A stretch of DNA of 64,000 nucleotides, from assembly GCA_963717255.1 (NCBI GenBank), contig CAVQVT010000009.1, forward strand, positions 46,830 to 110,829. The letters run 5' to 3'. The notes beneath the pieces are model-generated. The model saw only the letters and a list, made by a program, of their open reading frames with translations, had not been told where the DNA came from and ran no database searches. The stretch is from an uncultured Chloroflexia bacterium. GTDB lineage: Bacteria; Chloroflexota; Limnocylindria; Limnocylindrales; CSP1-4. The position numbers were made by a program, and so were the translations under genes. Shown one piece after another: positions 62,329-64,000 of the stretch. Position 1 is the first letter of the stretch. Every line of letters starts with the position of its first letter.

Positions 62329-63192
62329 TCAGGCGCGCGGAGCGGGGAGCGCGAGGTTCGCCGCGGCCCGGAAGGGGTCCGCGCCGCGCAGCCCGTGCGC
62401 GAGGAGAGCCTCGATCGTCTCGCGGCGGATCGCGACGGCGGTCTCCAGGTCGGCCGGACGCAGCCCGACGCGCTCGGCGAGGTCGGGGACGATGCCCCAT
62501 CCGAAGTGGTCCCACGCACCGCGGCTCGCGTCGAGGGTGGCGAGCACGGCCGGCCCGCGCCGCTCCACGCGACCGAGCGGCCCCACCGCGGGGGGACGCA
62601 GGCAGTGTGCGGCGACCACGCGCGCCCGGGCGTCCTCCCCTGTGCCCAGCACCAGGACGACCCCGAGCCGCACGATCTCGTCGTCGGGGGCGGCGACGGT
62701 CAGCCCACGGAGGCGGTCCAGCACGCCCTCGAGGTCGGCGGCGCGGATCGTCGCGACGAGCGAGAGGCCCGTCCGGTCGGAGACGGCCCGGATCGCGGTC
62801 CGCGCGGCTCCTCGCCGCAGCGCGCCCTCCCCCGCCCCGCCGAGGTCCGGTGCCGTGAGCACGAGCACGCCATCGCCCGCCCCACGGACGGCCTCGTCCA
62901 CCGGCCCGGACGCCGACCCGGGACCGAGGTGGACGACGCGGGTGGTCAGCGAGACCGCGTCGGCGATCGCCGTGGCCAGGGAGGAGGCCGCGGCCCCCGT
63001 GCCATCGGCCTCGGCGGCCCCGGCCCCCCCGGTGACACCCGTCGAGCCGCGCGGGCTCGCGACGAGGATGCCGACGCCCTCGCACGCGAGCGCCCAGACG
63101 AGCGCAGCCAGCTCCGCGTCCAGCAGGCCGTCCGCGACCAGGTCGGCGAGCGAGGCGTCGTGCTCGTGGTCGTGCGCGTGCTGGTGGGCCAT
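62329..63192 (-). CDS. hypothetical protein, possibly a degenerate VirB11/CpaF-like ATPase fold, with a His-rich N-terminus
   Basis: MAHQHAHDHEHD..., ILVASPRGSTGVTG where a Walker A would sit, and LVATIRAADLEGVLDRL resembling the T(I)HA...RL motif. Confidence 0.5.
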   Translation of the reverse strand: MAHQHAHDHEHDASLADLVADGLLDAELAALVWALACEGVGILVASPRGSTGVTGGAGAAEADGTGAAASSLATAIADAVSLTTRVVHLGPGSASGPVDEAVRGAGDGVLVLTAPDLGGAGEGALRRGAARTAIRAVSDRTGLSLVATIRAADLEGVLDRLRGLTVAAPDDEIVRLGVVLVLGTGEDARARVVAAHCLRPPAVGPLGRVERRGPAVLATLDASRGAWDHFGWGIVPDLAERVGLRPADLETAVAIRRETIEALLAHGLRGADPFRAAANLALPAPRA

Positions 63193-63390
63193 CGTGGGTC
63201 GTGGGCCTCCCCCGGGCGCGGCGGCGACGCGGACCTGGGAGAGCCCCGCGCGACGCGACCCGCATGATAGGGCGCGGGCGGGAACGGCCGCCCGGACGGG
63301 CGACCCCGGGCACCGCCCTCGATGCTAGGCTCACGGCGGCGTCGCATCCGGCCGCGGGCCGGGCCGACGGCGGCGGAGGGTCGACACGGG

Positions 63391-64000
63391 ATGGACGCCT
63401 CGTTCACGGCGGAGATGGCCGCCGGCTACAGGCTCGACGAGCCGGGGATCGTCATCGGCGGCCCGATGCTCTCGGGGGAGGTCGCCACCGACGAGGTCCG
63501 CGTCCAGGTCGCGCTGTCGATGCTCAACCGCCACGGGCTCGTCGCGGGCGCGACCGGGACGGGCAAGACCAAGACGCTCCAGGCGCTCGCCGGGCAGATC
63601 TCGAACGCCGGCATCCCGTGCTTCATCGCCGACGTCAAGGGCGACCTCACCGGCATGGCCGAACCGGGGGACGCCACGCACCCCAAGGTGGTCCAGCGGT
63701 GCGAGAGCCTGGGCTGGACGATGACCCCGGCGGGGCACCCCGTGGAGCTGCTGTCGCTCACCGGGAAGCTCGGCGTGCCGGTGCGGGCCTCCGTCCACTC
63801 GTTCGGCCCGCTGCTGCTCTCCAAGGTCCTTGATCTCAACGAGACGCAGACCGCCGTCCTCTCGCTCGTCTTCGCCTACTGCGACGACGAGTCGCTCCCA
63901 CTGCTCGACCTCGCCGACCTGCGGACGACGATCTCGTTCCTCGCATCGGACGAGGGGAAGGACGCGCTCGCTGCATACGGCGGCATCGCGCCCGCGACGG
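63391..64000 (+). CDS. DUF853 / HerA-like (YjgR family) P-loop ATPase (C-terminus outside window)
   Basis: MDASFTAEMAAGYRLDEPGIVIGG...LNRHGLVAGATGTGKTKTLQALAGQ...FIADVKGDL. GGCGGAGGG SD. Open at the window edge, so absent from the ORF track. Confidence 0.75.
   Translation, partial: MDASFTAEMAAGYRLDEPGIVIGGPMLSGEVATDEVRVQVALSMLNRHGLVAGATGTGKTKTLQALAGQISNAGIPCFIADVKGDLTGMAEPGDATHPKVVQRCESLGWTMTPAGHPVELLSLTGKLGVPVRASVHSFGPLLLSKVLDLNETQTAVLSLVFAYCDDESLPLLDLADLRTTISFLASDEGKDALAAYGGIAPAT

Overview
Very GC-rich window (roughly 70% or more by eye, not computed). It looks like ordinary core chromosome of an Actinomycetota-type bacterium. All calls rest on reading the six-frame translations for family motifs; no database search was run. 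I support about 57 protein genes, one tRNA-Leu(UAG), and no rRNA, CRISPR, transposase or integrase.

Gene content in order:
- A receiver/CpaE-like ATPase, cut by the window edge.
- A minus-strand string: M20 hydrolase, membrane protein, agmatinase, methyltransferase.
- A BMP-type (nucleoside-like) ABC importer and an ABC-2 exporter pair.
- A DUF4446 / UvrD-nuclease / HAD / SnoaL string.
- An Lrp / beta-eliminating lyase / Cys-Met PLP enzyme operon.
- rarA, serA and a histidine phosphatase.
- MoxR / DUF58 / transglutaminase.
- fhaA-fhaB-rodA-pbpA.
- Several zinc-ribbon proteins, YihY, and valS-clpX-clpP-tig preceded by tRNA-Leu.
- Holin-X-like and DUF3618-like membrane genes, then Mrp/ApbC.
- potA-potD-potB-potC plus a class-III aminotransferase.
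- An IMPase-family phosphatase, a metallophosphoesterase, a class II aldolase, a non-Pyl MttB homologue, a degenerate secretion-ATPase-like protein, and a DUF853/HerA-like ATPase, also cut by the window edge.

Genes are tightly packed, with many ATGA/GTGA start-stop overlaps. Several operon-leading genes have a TAnnnT box 6-11 nt from the start codon and no Shine-Dalgarno, so they look leaderless.

I do not see a clear novel multi-gene system. The observations most worth a second look are:
- Seven single-nucleotide frame breaks in six conserved genes between 4 and 27 kb.
- The fully translationally coupled Lrp / lyase / divergent sulfhydrylase-like operon.
- A 143-bp MITE-like inverted-repeat element in the only long non-coding gap.
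- A two-helix glycine-zipper insertion in the EAA loop of PotB.
- A Walker-A-less VirB11/CpaF-like protein.
- A probable ATC start codon.
- Perfect in-frame tandem repeats in two genes.

The long Arg/Gly/Pro-rich ORFs in the track are shadow frames of real genes.
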